Assembly (NCBI GenBank): GCA_027624175.1
Contig: JAQBXT010000003.1
Span: forward strand, 1,162 to 65,161
Direction of reading: 5' to 3'
Source of the DNA: Pseudomonadota bacterium
GTDB lineage: Bacteria; Pseudomonadota; Gammaproteobacteria; Burkholderiales; SG8-39
Length of the DNA stretch: 64,000 bases
The notes below the pieces were generated by a model that was not told where the DNA came from, made no database searches, and saw only the letters and a program-made list of their open reading frames with translations. The first letter of the stretch is position 1. Each line of letters opens with the position of its first letter. This document shows, in pieces, positions 55,512 through 64,000 of this stretch. The translations under genes were made by a program, and so were the position numbers.

Positions 55512-58500
55512 ATGCTGCATCTGCGCTTCAATCTTTCCTTCGAGGATCTCTATTCGCGCGACGGCCTGGTGCGCGTCGACGCCGCGTTCCTGAAATTCCT
55601 GGGAGAGGCCGATGCCGGGCTGCGCGACCGGCTGTTGGCGGCCCGCGCCAGCCCGCCGGCCGCGATGCAGGAGTCCGAGCTCCTGATCGCGCTCGCGCCG
55701 CATCTGGAGGATTTCCTCGCGCGGCTGTTCGGCATCGAGGCCGAGGCACAGGCGCTGGCCGCAAGGCATCACGAACTCGCCCCGCTCTACTCGGTGAAAC
55801 GGCAGTTCGTGCAGCGGCGCGCCTTGCACAAGGTGAAGCCCGAAGACGCGACGCCGGAGGGATTCGAGTTCACCACCGAGCTCGACTTCGCCAACCGGAT
55901 TACCGAGTGGCAGAAGGAAGAGACAGCGAATGCGGCGCAACTCGAAGCCGCGGCGCGCTACGCCGCCTGGGCCACGACCACGCCCGCGGGCAAGGAAAAA
56001 CACCGGCACGGGGTGTTGTTCAAGACTCCGCACAAGCTCGATGTCATGCGCCTGATCCCGGTGCACACGGAACCGCGCCCTCGCAACGGCTTCCAGCTCA
56101 CCGACGCCGGCACCGACCTCATTGGCGCGCTGGACGAGGCGAACTACTGCATCTGGTGCCACGAGCAGGGCAAGGATTCCTGCTCCACGGGACTCAAGGA
56201 AAAGGGCCCGGCCGCCGGCTTCAGGAAGACCGTGTTCAACGTGCCGCTCGCCGGCTGCCCGCTCGAGGAAAAGATTTCCGAGTTCCACCTGGTGAAGGCG
56301 CGCGGCGAGCCGCTGGCGGCGCTCGGCATCATCGCGGTGGACAACCCGATGGCCGCCGCCACCGGACACCGCATCTGCAACGACTGCATGAAGTCCTGCA
56401 TCTACCAGAAGCAGGAGCCGGTCAACATCCCGCAGGCCGAGACGCGCACGTTGAAGGACGTGCTGGAGCTGCCCTGGGGCTTCGAGATCTACTCGCTGCT
56501 CACGCGCTGGAACCCGTTCAACCTGCGCCGGCCCACTCCCAGGCCGCCGAGCGGCCGCAGGGTGCTGGTGGTGGGCCTCGGCCCGGCCGGCTTCACCCTG
56601 GCGCACCACCTGATGAACGACGGCCACACCGTGGTCGGCGTCGACGGCCTCAAGATCGAGCCGCTGGAGGCGGCGATTTCAGGCGTGGATCCCCTGGGCA
56701 ACCGCATCGAGTTTGCTCCGATCAAGGATATTTCCCAGCTGCGCGAGCCCCTGGACCAGCGCGTCATGGCGGGCTTCGGCGGCGTCGCCGAGTACGGCAT
56801 CACGGTGCGCTGGGACAAGAACTTCCTCAAGATCATTCGCCTCCTGCTCGAGCGGCGGCGGCAGTTCGCCATGTTCGGCGGCGTGCGCTTTGGCGGCACG
56901 CTCACCATCGACGAGGCCTTCGCCGGCGGCTTCGATCACATCGCGCTGTGCGCCGGTGCCGGCCGGCCGACGGTGCTCGAGACGATCCCGAACGGCTTCG
57001 CGCGCGGCGTGCGAGCGGCGTCGGACTTCCTCATGGCGCTGCAGCTCACCGGCGCCGCCAAGCGCGAGTCGATCGCCAACCTGCAGATTCGCCTCCCGAT
57101 CGTGGTGATCGGCGGCGGGCTCACCGCGATCGATACGGCGACCGAGTCGCTCGCCTACTACGCGGTGCAGGTGGAGAAGTTCCTCGCGCGCTGCGAGGCG
57201 CTCGAGGCGAAGCCCGCGTGGAGCCCCGAGGAGCGCGAGATCGCCGACGAGTTCATCGCGCACGCGAAGGCGCTGCGCGCCGCCAGCCCTGCACAGAAAC
57301 TGGAATTGTTGAAATCGTGGGGCGGAGCAACCATCGCCTATCGGCGCCGCATGGTCGACAGCCCCTCCTACACCCTCAACCACGAGGAAGTCGGCAAGGC
57401 GCTCGAGGAAGGCATCGTGTTCGCCGAGGGCCTGACGCCCGAGCGCATCGAGGTGGACAAATACGGCCACGCCTCTGCCGTCAAGTTCTCAGGGGGGATC
57501 GAACTGAAAGCAAAATCAGTTCTCATCGCCGCCGGCACCCAGCCCAACACGGTGCTGGCGCGCGAGGAAGGCGTGAGTCTCGCGCTCGACGGCAAATATT
57601 TTCTCGCCTGCGACGAGACCGGCGCCCCGGTGAGGCCCGAGCGCCACACCTCCAAGCCTGCGCGCCCCGAGGTGCTGCTGCACCGCTATCCGGACGGCCG
57701 CTTCATGAGCTTCTTCGGCGACCTGCACCCGTCCTACTTCGGCAACGTGGTCAAGGCGATGGGCAGCGCGAAGCAGGGGTTTCCCGTCGTCAGCGGTGTG
57801 CTTTCAGGCAGGAAACCTTCCTCCACGCTGGACGACGCGGCCTTCCTCGCGCGCCTGAATCGCGACCTGCGCGCGGTGGTGCACGAGGTGCGGCGCCTGA
57901 CGCCCGCCATCATCGAGGTCGTGCTGCGCGCGCCGGTCGCCGCGCGGCGCTTCCGGCCCGGCCAGTTCTACCGCATGCAGAACTTCGAGGCCTTCGCGCT
58001 GCACGTGCCCGGCACCACGCTCGCCATGGAAGGCCTCGCGTTGACCGGAGCCTGGGTGGACCGCGACAAGGGCTTGATATCGGTGATCGCGCTCGAGATG
58101 GGCGGCTCGGCCGATTTGCTCGCCTACCTCCAGCCCGGCGAGCCTGTGATCCTGATGGGCCCGACTGGTACCCCTACCGAGATCCCTCATGGGGAAAACG
58201 TCGTGCTCGCCGGCGGGGGCCTCGGCAACGCGGTGCTGTTCTCGATTGGCCGGGCGCTCCGCGCCGCCGGCTCCAAGGTCGTCTACTTCGCCGGCTACAA
58301 GCATTTGGCCGACCGCTACCGCATCGAGGACATCGAGGCCGCCTCCGACGTCGTCGTCTGGTGCTGCGACGAGCCGCCCGGCTTCGCTCCGCGCCGCCCG
58401 CAGGACCGCAGCTTCACCGGCAACATCGTCCAGGCCATGCACGCCTACGCCTCCGGTGCTCTCGGCGCCCAGGCAATTGCGTTCAGCGCCACCGACCGCA

Positions 58501-58853
58501 TCATCGCCATCGGCTCCGACCAGATGATGGCGGCGGTGGCCGCCGCGAGGCATGGCGTCCTGCAGCAATACCTGAAGCCCACCCACCGGGCGATCGGCTC
58601 CATCAACAGCCCGATGCAGTGCATGATGAAAGAAATCTGCGCCCAGTGCCTGCAGCCTCATGTCGACCCGCAGACCGGCAAGACCACCTACGTCTTCTCC
58701 TGCTTCAACCAGGACCAGCCGTTAGACCAGGTGGATTTCGGGGCGCTCGCCCAGAGGCTGGCGCAGAACGGAGTCCAGGAAAAACTCACTGCGCTCTGGA
58801 TCGGCCGCTGCTTAAAGCTCCTGCCGCCGCCTGCCGAGCGCAAGGCGGCTTGA
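55512..58853 (+). CDS. 1113-aa multidomain flavo-iron-sulfur oxidoreductase: unrecognised N-terminal domain, then a GltD/NfnB-like (2x[4Fe-4S], FAD/NAD(P)) module, then a PyrK/NfnA-like (FAD/NAD, [2Fe-2S]) module
   Basis: Cys motifs [12 protein letters not shown]...CP (213-249) and CNDCMKSC (289-296). Rossmann motifs [11 protein letters not shown] (351) and [11 protein letters not shown] (531). FNR-like RPGQFYRM (815) and [10 protein letters not shown] (899). C-terminal C1037-x5-C-x2-C-x17-C. Confidence 0.8.
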   Translation: MLHLRFNLSFEDLYSRDGLVRVDAAFLKFLGEADAGLRDRLLAARASPPAAMQESELLIALAPHLEDFLARLFGIEAEAQALAARHHELAPLYSVKRQFVQRRALHKVKPEDATPEGFEFTTELDFANRITEWQKEETANAAQLEAAARYAAWATTTPAGKEKHRHGVLFKTPHKLDVMRLIPVHTEPRPRNGFQLTDAGTDLIGALDEANYCIWCHEQGKDSCSTGLKEKGPAAGFRKTVFNVPLAGCPLEEKISEFHLVKARGEPLAALGIIAVDNPMAAATGHRICNDCMKSCIYQKQEPVNIPQAETRTLKDVLELPWGFEIYSLLTRWNPFNLRRPTPRPPSGRRVLVVGLGPAGFTLAHHLMNDGHTVVGVDGLKIEPLEAAISGVDPLGNRIEFAPIKDISQLREPLDQRVMAGFGGVAEYGITVRWDKNFLKIIRLLLERRRQFAMFGGVRFGGTLTIDEAFAGGFDHIALCAGAGRPTVLETIPNGFARGVRAASDFLMALQLTGAAKRESIANLQIRLPIVVIGGGLTAIDTATESLAYYAVQVEKFLARCEALEAKPAWSPEEREIADEFIAHAKALRAASPAQKLELLKSWGGATIAYRRRMVDSPSYTLNHEEVGKALEEGIVFAEGLTPERIEVDKYGHASAVKFSGGIELKAKSVLIAAGTQPNTVLAREEGVSLALDGKYFLACDETGAPVRPERHTSKPARPEVLLHRYPDGRFMSFFGDLHPSYFGNVVKAMGSAKQGFPVVSGVLSGRKPSSTLDDAAFLARLNRDLRAVVHEVRRLTPAIIEVVLRAPVAARRFRPGQFYRMQNFEAFALHVPGTTLAMEGLALTGAWVDRDKGLISVIALEMGGSADLLAYLQPGEPVILMGPTGTPTEIPHGENVVLAGGGLGNAVLFSIGRALRAAGSKVVYFAGYKHLADRYRIEDIEAASDVVVWCCDEPPGFAPRRPQDRSFTGNIVQAMHAYASGALGAQAIAFSATDRIIAIGSDQMMAAVAAARHGVLQQYLKPTHRAIGSINSPMQCMMKEICAQCLQPHVDPQTGKTTYVFSCFNQDQPLDQVDFGALAQRLAQNGVQEKLTALWIGRCLKLLPPPAERKAA

Positions 58854-58928
58854 GAAAATGTAGTCCAATATAATGATGGCTTACTTTTATGGTAATGTCA
58901 TACCTTCCTGAGAATATATAGATAATTC

Positions 58929-59159
58929 ATGGATTCCTACATGACCGTCAAGGGGCAGATCGTGATTCCCTCGAAGATCCGGCGGCAGTTCGGCATCAAG
59001 GAGGGCACGCGCGTGCAGGTGGAGGTCGATGAGCAGGCGCATCGCATTATCCTGACACCCGTGACAGCGGGCTACATCCAGAATCTGCGCGGGAAATACA
59101 AGGGCAAGCGCCTGTTGACGGCGCTGGCGGCGGAGAAAAGGCGCGAGAAGGAACTCTGA
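58929..59159 (+). CDS. vapB: AbrB/SpoVT-fold antitoxin (VapB type)
   Basis: 76 aa; MTVKGQIVIPSKIRRQFGIKEGTRV (swapped-hairpin SpoVT/AbrB motif). Stop overlaps the start of the PIN gene (TGATG). Low-GC upstream region. Confidence 0.8.
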   Translation: MDSYMTVKGQIVIPSKIRRQFGIKEGTRVQVEVDEQAHRIILTPVTAGYIQNLRGKYKGKRLLTALAAEKRREKEL

Positions 59160-59569
59160 TGCCGCGCAAGCCCAAGGCGCTGGTGCTCGATTCGTGGGCG
59201 GCGCTGGCGTATCTCGGCGACGAAGCGTCCGCACAGGAGGTCGCCGACCTGATCATGAACGCTCATGAAAACCGCGTTCCGATGGTCATGTCCGTCGTCA
59301 ACGCGGGAGAGGTCTGGTACATCCTCGCCCGGGAGATCTCCGAGGCGCAAGCCGACAGCGCGATGACCGATCTGACAGGTCTTGGCATCGAATTGATCGA
59401 CGCGGATTGGCCCCTCACGCGGATGGCGGGAACCTTCAAGGCGCGGCACAAGATGTCGTACGCGGATTGCTTCGCCGCGGCACTCGCGAAGGACCGCAAA
59501 TCCGACCTCGTCACCGGAGACAAGGAATTCAGGCAGGTCGAGGGCGAAGTCAGTATTCGCTGGCTTTGA
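59159..59569 (+). CDS. vapC: PIN-domain ribonuclease toxin (VapC type)
   Basis: 136 aa; acidic residues at the expected PIN positions (LVLDSWA, NAGEVWY, SYADCFAAALA, LVTGDKEF). Confidence 0.8.
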   Translation: MPRKPKALVLDSWAALAYLGDEASAQEVADLIMNAHENRVPMVMSVVNAGEVWYILAREISEAQADSAMTDLTGLGIELIDADWPLTRMAGTFKARHKMSYADCFAAALAKDRKSDLVTGDKEFRQVEGEVSIRWL

Positions 59570-59720
59570 TTGTTCCGGCGGGGCTCATGGAATCGCAGCC
59601 GGCGCGATGGTGCAGGCGCAGGCGGACGCCAAGCCGGACGCGATCTTCAACGACCACCCGCGCCAGGCACTGCCTGAAAGGACTTAAACTAATGCTGGAG
59701 AAACAAGCAACATAGAAGCC

Positions 59721-60551
59721 ATGTCCGGCTACGCCAGGCCATCCCGACTCAGTGAAGCGCTGCGCATCCTCGCGCGCGCACCGCAAGCCGTGCTGGCGGG
59801 CGGCACCGACTTCTACCCCTCCCGCGTGGCGCGGGCCCTGCCCGCCGAAGTGCTCGACATCACCGCGCTGCGCGAGCTGCGCGGCATCTCGGCAAAGCGC
59901 AACCATTGGCGCATCGGCGCCGCCACCACCTGGTCCGAGATCATCGAAGCAAAGCTGCCTCCCCTGTTCGACGGCCTGAAGCTCGCCGCGCGCGAAGTCG
60001 GCGGCGTGCAAATCCAGAACACGGGGTCCGTAGCCGGCAATCTGTGCAACGCCTCCCCCGCCGCGGACGGCGTCCCGGCGCTCCTCGCGCTGGACGCCTC
60101 TGTGGAGCTAGGCAGCACCAAGGGCGTGCGCCAGCTGCCGCTGCACGAGTTCATCCTCGGCCCGCGCAGGACCGCGCTGCGCCCGGGCGAGCTGGTGACC
60201 GCGGTGCTGGTGCCGAAGGCCAAAGCTGCGGCGGCGAGCAACTTCCTTAAGCTCGGCGCGCGCAAGTACCTGGTGATCTCGATCGCCATGGCCAGCGCCG
60301 TGATCGAACACCGCTCCGGCAAGGTCGTGAACGCCCGCGTCTCCGTAGGCTCCTGCTCGCCAGTGGCGCTGCGCCTTCCCGCGCTCGAAGCGCAGCTGAA
60401 GGGCAAGCGCTTCGACGCTTCGCTCGCCGACTGGGTCAATCCCGCGCATTTGGCCGTGCTGGAACCGATCGCCGATGTTCGGGCGAGCGCCGACTATCGC
60501 AAGCAGGCCGCGCTGGAACTGGTGCGCCGCCTGCTGCGGGAGATGGCATGA
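59721..60551 (+). CDS. Molybdenum hydroxylase FAD-binding subunit (CoxM/XdhB-like)
   Basis: 276 aa; AGGTDFYP ... IQNTGSVAGNLCNASPAADG ... ADYRKQAALELV. Confidence 0.85.
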   Translation: MSGYARPSRLSEALRILARAPQAVLAGGTDFYPSRVARALPAEVLDITALRELRGISAKRNHWRIGAATTWSEIIEAKLPPLFDGLKLAAREVGGVQIQNTGSVAGNLCNASPAADGVPALLALDASVELGSTKGVRQLPLHEFILGPRRTALRPGELVTAVLVPKAKAAAASNFLKLGARKYLVISIAMASAVIEHRSGKVVNARVSVGSCSPVALRLPALEAQLKGKRFDASLADWVNPAHLAVLEPIADVRASADYRKQAALELVRRLLREMA

Positions 60552-63322
60552 ACCGGCCGCGCGCCGAGTTCCTCGCCGGCACGCAGACCACGCAGTTCAT
60601 GGTTAACGGGCGCAAGGTGTCGAGCCGCGCGCCGCGCGCCGCGCGCCTCGCCGACGTGCTGCGCGACGAACTGGGCCTGACCGGCACCAAGATCGGCTGC
60701 AATGCCGGGGATTGCGGTGCCTGCACCGTGCTTCTCGACGGGCGCCAGGTTTGCGCCTGCCTGACTGCGCTGGGGCAGGTGGAGAACCGCGAAGTCCTCA
60801 CGGTCGAGGGCCTGGCAAAGAACGGCAAGCTCTCGGCGCTGCAGGTCGCCTTCCAGAACCACGGCGCCGCGCAATGCGGCATCTGCACCCCGGGCATGCT
60901 GATGGCGGCGGCCGACCTGCTACTGCGCAAGCGCAAGCCGAATGCAGGAGAGGTCAAAGACGCCCTCGCCGGCGTGCTGTGCCGCTGCACCGGTTACCAG
61001 AAAATCATCGAGGCGGTGCTCGACGTCGCCCGCCGCCCGGCGCTCGCCCCCTCGCCCGCCGCCGGAAAGGCTGTCGGCGCGCGGGCGGGCAAGGTCGATG
61101 GCATCGCCAAACTCACCGGCGCCGAGAAGTACGGCGCGGACGCGATTCCCGCCGATGCGCTGTGGCTGCGCGTCATCCGCTCGCCGCACCACCGGGCAAG
61201 ATTCGCCTTGGGAGATCTGGCCGCCTACGCGCAGCAGGCCGGCCTGGCTCGCGTGCTTACCGCGAAAGACGTCCCCGCCAATGGATTCGGCATCTACCCG
61301 AATATCAAGGACCAGCCGGTGCTGGCAGAGGGCGAAGCGCGCTTTCGCGGCGAAGCCGTCGCTGCCGTGATCGGCACTCGCGCCGCGATCGAAGCGCTGG
61401 ACGAAGCACGTTTCCCGGTGACCTGGGAACCGCTGCAGCCGGTGTTGGGACTGGACGGGGCAATGCCGGAAGGCGCCCCGCTGGTGCAATCGGACAAGGT
61501 CGGCAACCTGCTGCTCGACGGCGGCGTGAGGCGCGGCAACGTCACCGCGACGTTTGCCAACTGCAGCGCGGTGGCGGAAGGAACGTTCGAGACCACCTTC
61601 GTCGAGCACGCCTACATCGAACCCGAAGCCGGCTGGGCGCGCCGCGACGGCGACCGGCTGGAAATTCACGTCAGCACGCAAACGCCCTACATGGACCGGG
61701 ATGAAGTGGCGCAGGTGATGCAGCTCGACCCGCAGCAGGTGCGCATCGTGCCGAGCGCCTGCGGCGGCGGGTTCGGCGGCAAGCTCGATATCGCGGTGCA
61801 GCCGCTGGTCGCGCTCGGCGCCTGGCTGACCGGCCGGCCGGTGGCCTGCGTGTATCACCGCCCCGAGAGCATGGCCTCGACCACCAAACGGCACCCGGCG
61901 CGCATCCACGCGCGCTTCGGCTGCGATGCCAAAGGCAAACTGCAGGCCGTCGACGTAGACGCGGTGTTCGATACCGGTGCCTACGCCAGCTGGGGTCCGA
62001 CAGTCGCCACGCGCGTTCCGATCCACGCCACCGGGCCGTATGCGGTGCGCCATGTGCGCACGCGCGGCCGCGCTTACTTCACCCACTGCCACCCGGCGGG
62101 CGCGTTCCGCGGCTTCGGCGTGCCGCAAGGCGCAATCGCGCACGAAGCGCTGATGGACGAGCTTGCCGACAAGCTCGACATGGACCGGCTCGAGTTCCGG
62201 CGCCTGAACGCGCTCAGGGCCGGAGACACCACCGCCACCGGGCAGCGGCTCGAGCATTCGGCCGGGCTGGGACAGTGCCTCGATCGGCTCAAGCCGCATT
62301 GGCGGCGCCTGCGCGCGGAAACCAAAGCGTTCAATGCCGGCGCAAAAAAAGGCGGCGGCGCCTTGCGCCGCGGCGTCGGCGTGGGATGCATGTGGTACGG
62401 CATCGGCAATACCGCGCTGGCCAATCCCTCCACCCTGCGCATCGCGCTGTCGCCGCAGGGCCGGCTGGTGTTCTACAACGGCGCCGTGGATATCGGCCAG
62501 GGCTCCAACACCACGCTGACGCAGGTCGCTGCCGACGCGCTGGGCTTGCCGATGGCGCAATTCGAACTGGTGATGGGCGACACCGACCGCACCGCCGATG
62601 CGGGCAAGACCTCGGCCTCGCGCCAGGCGTTCATCTCGGGCAAGGCCGCCGAGTTGGCCGGAATCGATTTGCGGCGCATGATCTTTGCGGCGGCTGGCGC
62701 GCCCTCCGGCGAGTTTCTCGACCGCGATTACCGGCTCGCGCTGCAGGGCGCGAGCGTGGTGTTCAGGAAGGGCGGCATCGTGCACCGCTGGAACATCGAT
62801 CGCGAGCTCGTGGGAGAAGGTCGCTTCGACCCGCCAACGCAGGCGCTCGACCCCAACGGCCAGGGCAAGCCCTACGCCACCTATGCCTTCGCCGCGCAGA
62901 TCGCCCAGGTGGAAGTGGACGAAGCGCTCGGCACCGTGAAAGTCCTGCGCATCGTCGCGGCGCATGACGTGGGCAAGGCGCTCAATCCGATCCAGGTGGA
63001 AGGCCAGATCCAGGGCGGCGCAGTACAAGGCCTCGGCCTCGCGCTGATGGAAGAGTACGTGCCGGGCAAGACCGAGAACCTGCACGACTATCTCATTCCC
63101 ACCATCGGCGACGCGCCGCGGATGGATTGCATCCTGGTCGAGGATCCCGAGCCGCTCGGGCCCTCCGGCGCCAAGGGCGTGGGCGAACCAGGGCTGATCC
63201 CGACGGCGCCGGCGATCCTCGGCGCGATCGACCATGCCACCGGCGTGCGCATGCGCCAGGTCCCCGTCCTGCCCCACCGCCTGAAGGCCGAACTCGATGC
63301 GAGACCCGGAAGACGCGCCTGA
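60548..63322 (+). CDS. Molybdenum hydroxylase with fused [2Fe-2S] small subunit and molybdopterin-binding large subunit (xanthine dehydrogenase/aldehyde oxidase family)
   Basis: N-terminus GCNAGDCGACTVLLDG ... CGICTPGMLM ... LCRCTGYQKI (two 2Fe-2S sites). Then the a/b-hammerhead and Moco domains ... GGGFGGK ... AFRGFG ... GAKGVGEPGL (catalytic Glu). ATGA overlap with the FAD subunit gene. Confidence 0.88.
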   Translation: MNRPRAEFLAGTQTTQFMVNGRKVSSRAPRAARLADVLRDELGLTGTKIGCNAGDCGACTVLLDGRQVCACLTALGQVENREVLTVEGLAKNGKLSALQVAFQNHGAAQCGICTPGMLMAAADLLLRKRKPNAGEVKDALAGVLCRCTGYQKIIEAVLDVARRPALAPSPAAGKAVGARAGKVDGIAKLTGAEKYGADAIPADALWLRVIRSPHHRARFALGDLAAYAQQAGLARVLTAKDVPANGFGIYPNIKDQPVLAEGEARFRGEAVAAVIGTRAAIEALDEARFPVTWEPLQPVLGLDGAMPEGAPLVQSDKVGNLLLDGGVRRGNVTATFANCSAVAEGTFETTFVEHAYIEPEAGWARRDGDRLEIHVSTQTPYMDRDEVAQVMQLDPQQVRIVPSACGGGFGGKLDIAVQPLVALGAWLTGRPVACVYHRPESMASTTKRHPARIHARFGCDAKGKLQAVDVDAVFDTGAYASWGPTVATRVPIHATGPYAVRHVRTRGRAYFTHCHPAGAFRGFGVPQGAIAHEALMDELADKLDMDRLEFRRLNALRAGDTTATGQRLEHSAGLGQCLDRLKPHWRRLRAETKAFNAGAKKGGGALRRGVGVGCMWYGIGNTALANPSTLRIALSPQGRLVFYNGAVDIGQGSNTTLTQVAADALGLPMAQFELVMGDTDRTADAGKTSASRQAFISGKAAELAGIDLRRMIFAAAGAPSGEFLDRDYRLALQGASVVFRKGGIVHRWNIDRELVGEGRFDPPTQALDPNGQGKPYATYAFAAQIAQVEVDEALGTVKVLRIVAAHDVGKALNPIQVEGQIQGGAVQGLGLALMEEYVPGKTENLHDYLIPTIGDAPRMDCILVEDPEPLGPSGAKGVGEPGLIPTAPAILGAIDHATGVRMRQVPVLPHRLKAELDARPGRRA

Positions 63323-64000
63323 AAGCACCGCCCCGCTGACCGGCGACGTGATCCGCTGCGATGCGTGCCCGGTGCTGTGCCGCATCCGCAAAGGGCAGGC
63401 GGGCGCCTGCGACCGTTACGCCAATCAGGAGGGCAAGCTGGTGCGGCTCGATCCGCTGCTGGTGCTCGAGCGCGGCGGCAAGGCGGTGCCGTTCCTCGAG
63501 CCCGGCAAGCCCTGGGACGGGAAACTCGTAGCGCCCTTCGTCACCGGCGTAGGTGCGACCACCACCTATCCCGACTACAAGCCCGCGCCCTTCATCGTCT
63601 CGTCGAATGTCGACGGCGTGGACATGGTGACGGTGGTGACCGAAGGCATCTTCAGCTACTGCGGCCTGAAGGTGAAAATCGACACCGACCGCTTTCTCGG
63701 TCCGGAGCTGGCGGCGGTGCGCGTAGAGGGCGAACAGATCGGCCACGTCACCACCGCCGAGTACGGCTCGCAGATGCTGTCGCTGGGCGGCGTCCGCCAC
63801 CTGACCGGCGGCTCGAAGAAGGAAGGCAACGTCACCTGCGAGGCGATGCTGAAGCTTTCCAACAAGGAGGCCGCAGAGGTGAAGATTGACGGCGGTGCGA
63901 CCGTGCTGCTGCAGGCCGGTGCAGCGCCGGTGGTGAACGGCGAGCGCGAAGAGCGCATGCGCGTGGGCTGCGGCTCGGCGACCATCGGCATCTTCGCGCA
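63297..64000 (+). CDS. Cys-rich protein, 5' part (open to the window end); resembles proteins annotated as 6-hydroxynicotinate reductase
   Basis: My own translation from ATG 63297 has no stop to position 64000: MRDPEDAPESTAPLTGDVIRCDACPVLCRIRKGQAGACDRYANQEGKLVRLDP...VTGVGATTTYPDYKPAPFIV...RVGCGSATIGIFA. It is absent from the ORF track because it has no stop. The family call is from memory of annotations, not verified. Confidence 0.5.
   Translation, partial: MRDPEDAPESTAPLTGDVIRCDACPVLCRIRKGQAGACDRYANQEGKLVRLDPLLVLERGGKAVPFLEPGKPWDGKLVAPFVTGVGATTTYPDYKPAPFIVSSNVDGVDMVTVVTEGIFSYCGLKVKIDTDRFLGPELAAVRVEGEQIGHVTTAEYGSQMLSLGGVRHLTGGSKKEGNVTCEAMLKLSNKEAAEVKIDGGATVLLQAGAAPVVNGEREERMRVGCGSATIGIFA

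Noticed and set aside
53780-58873. A 1697-codon open reading frame on the plus strand, the longest ORF in the window.
   Set aside because: It is antisense to, or out of frame with, three well-supported genes: the alpha/beta hydrolase, the SDR and the 1113-aa oxidoreductase. Its translation is low-complexity Arg/Ala/Gly/Pro with no recognisable motif. This is the stop-poor shadow frame expected in ~68% GC DNA with strong GC3 bias.
59570-59720. A coding-looking stretch downstream of vapC (...GAHGIAAGAMVQAQADAKPDAIFNDHPRQALPERT-stop, ending at TAA 59685-59687), considered as a gene remnant or small ORF.
   Set aside because: It is too short, has no RBS or clear start, and no motif. The overlapping 102-aa track ORF (59407..59715) is out of frame inside vapC. 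It cannot be distinguished from chance in GC-rich DNA without a database search.

Overview
High-GC (~65-70%) chromosomal core region; gene order suggests Betaproteobacteria (inference only). It is almost entirely housekeeping genes and tightly packed, with many 1-4 nt start/stop overlaps. Left to right: guaB (partial), a DUF4124 protein, rnfH-ratA / smpB, ppsA / ppsR, a TrmH-family methyltransferase, the envelope/lipid A/translation supercluster on the minus strand (rnhB-lpxB-lpxA-fabZ-lpxD-skp-bamA-rseP-dxr-cdsA/uppS-frr-pyrH-tsf-rpsB), map-glnD, def-MTI/MTA phosphorylase-hpt-galU-ligA-zipA-smc, queF-dapC-dapD-pilU-dapE-prmB, a tRNA Pro-Arg-His operon, dksA, the rimP-nusA-infB-rbfA-truB-rpsO-pnp cluster, and rluB-scpB-scpA-trpS-M50 protease-yciO-PHP phosphatase-hydrolase-SDR. 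After these come a 1113-aa fused flavo-iron-sulfur oxidoreductase, a low-GC vapBC-type toxin-antitoxin islet, and the start of a molybdenum-hydroxylase cluster. I found no CRISPR array, transposase, integrase, prophage or recognisable defence island, and no convincing novel multi-gene system. The observations most worth a second look are: (1) a 23-bp tandem repeat that turns the infB-rbfA spacer into a chain of GTGA-coupled mini-ORFs; (2) an in-frame uppS-cdsA fusion; (3) the NfnB/GltD-like plus PyrK-like single-polypeptide oxidoreductase with an N-terminal domain I do not recognise; (4) single-base frame breaks inside catalytic motifs of ppsA and pilU, which may be homopolymer sequencing errors; (5) a molybdenum hydroxylase with fused subunits followed by a Cys-rich reductase-like gene. 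Start codons are often GTG/TTG, and several are uncertain.
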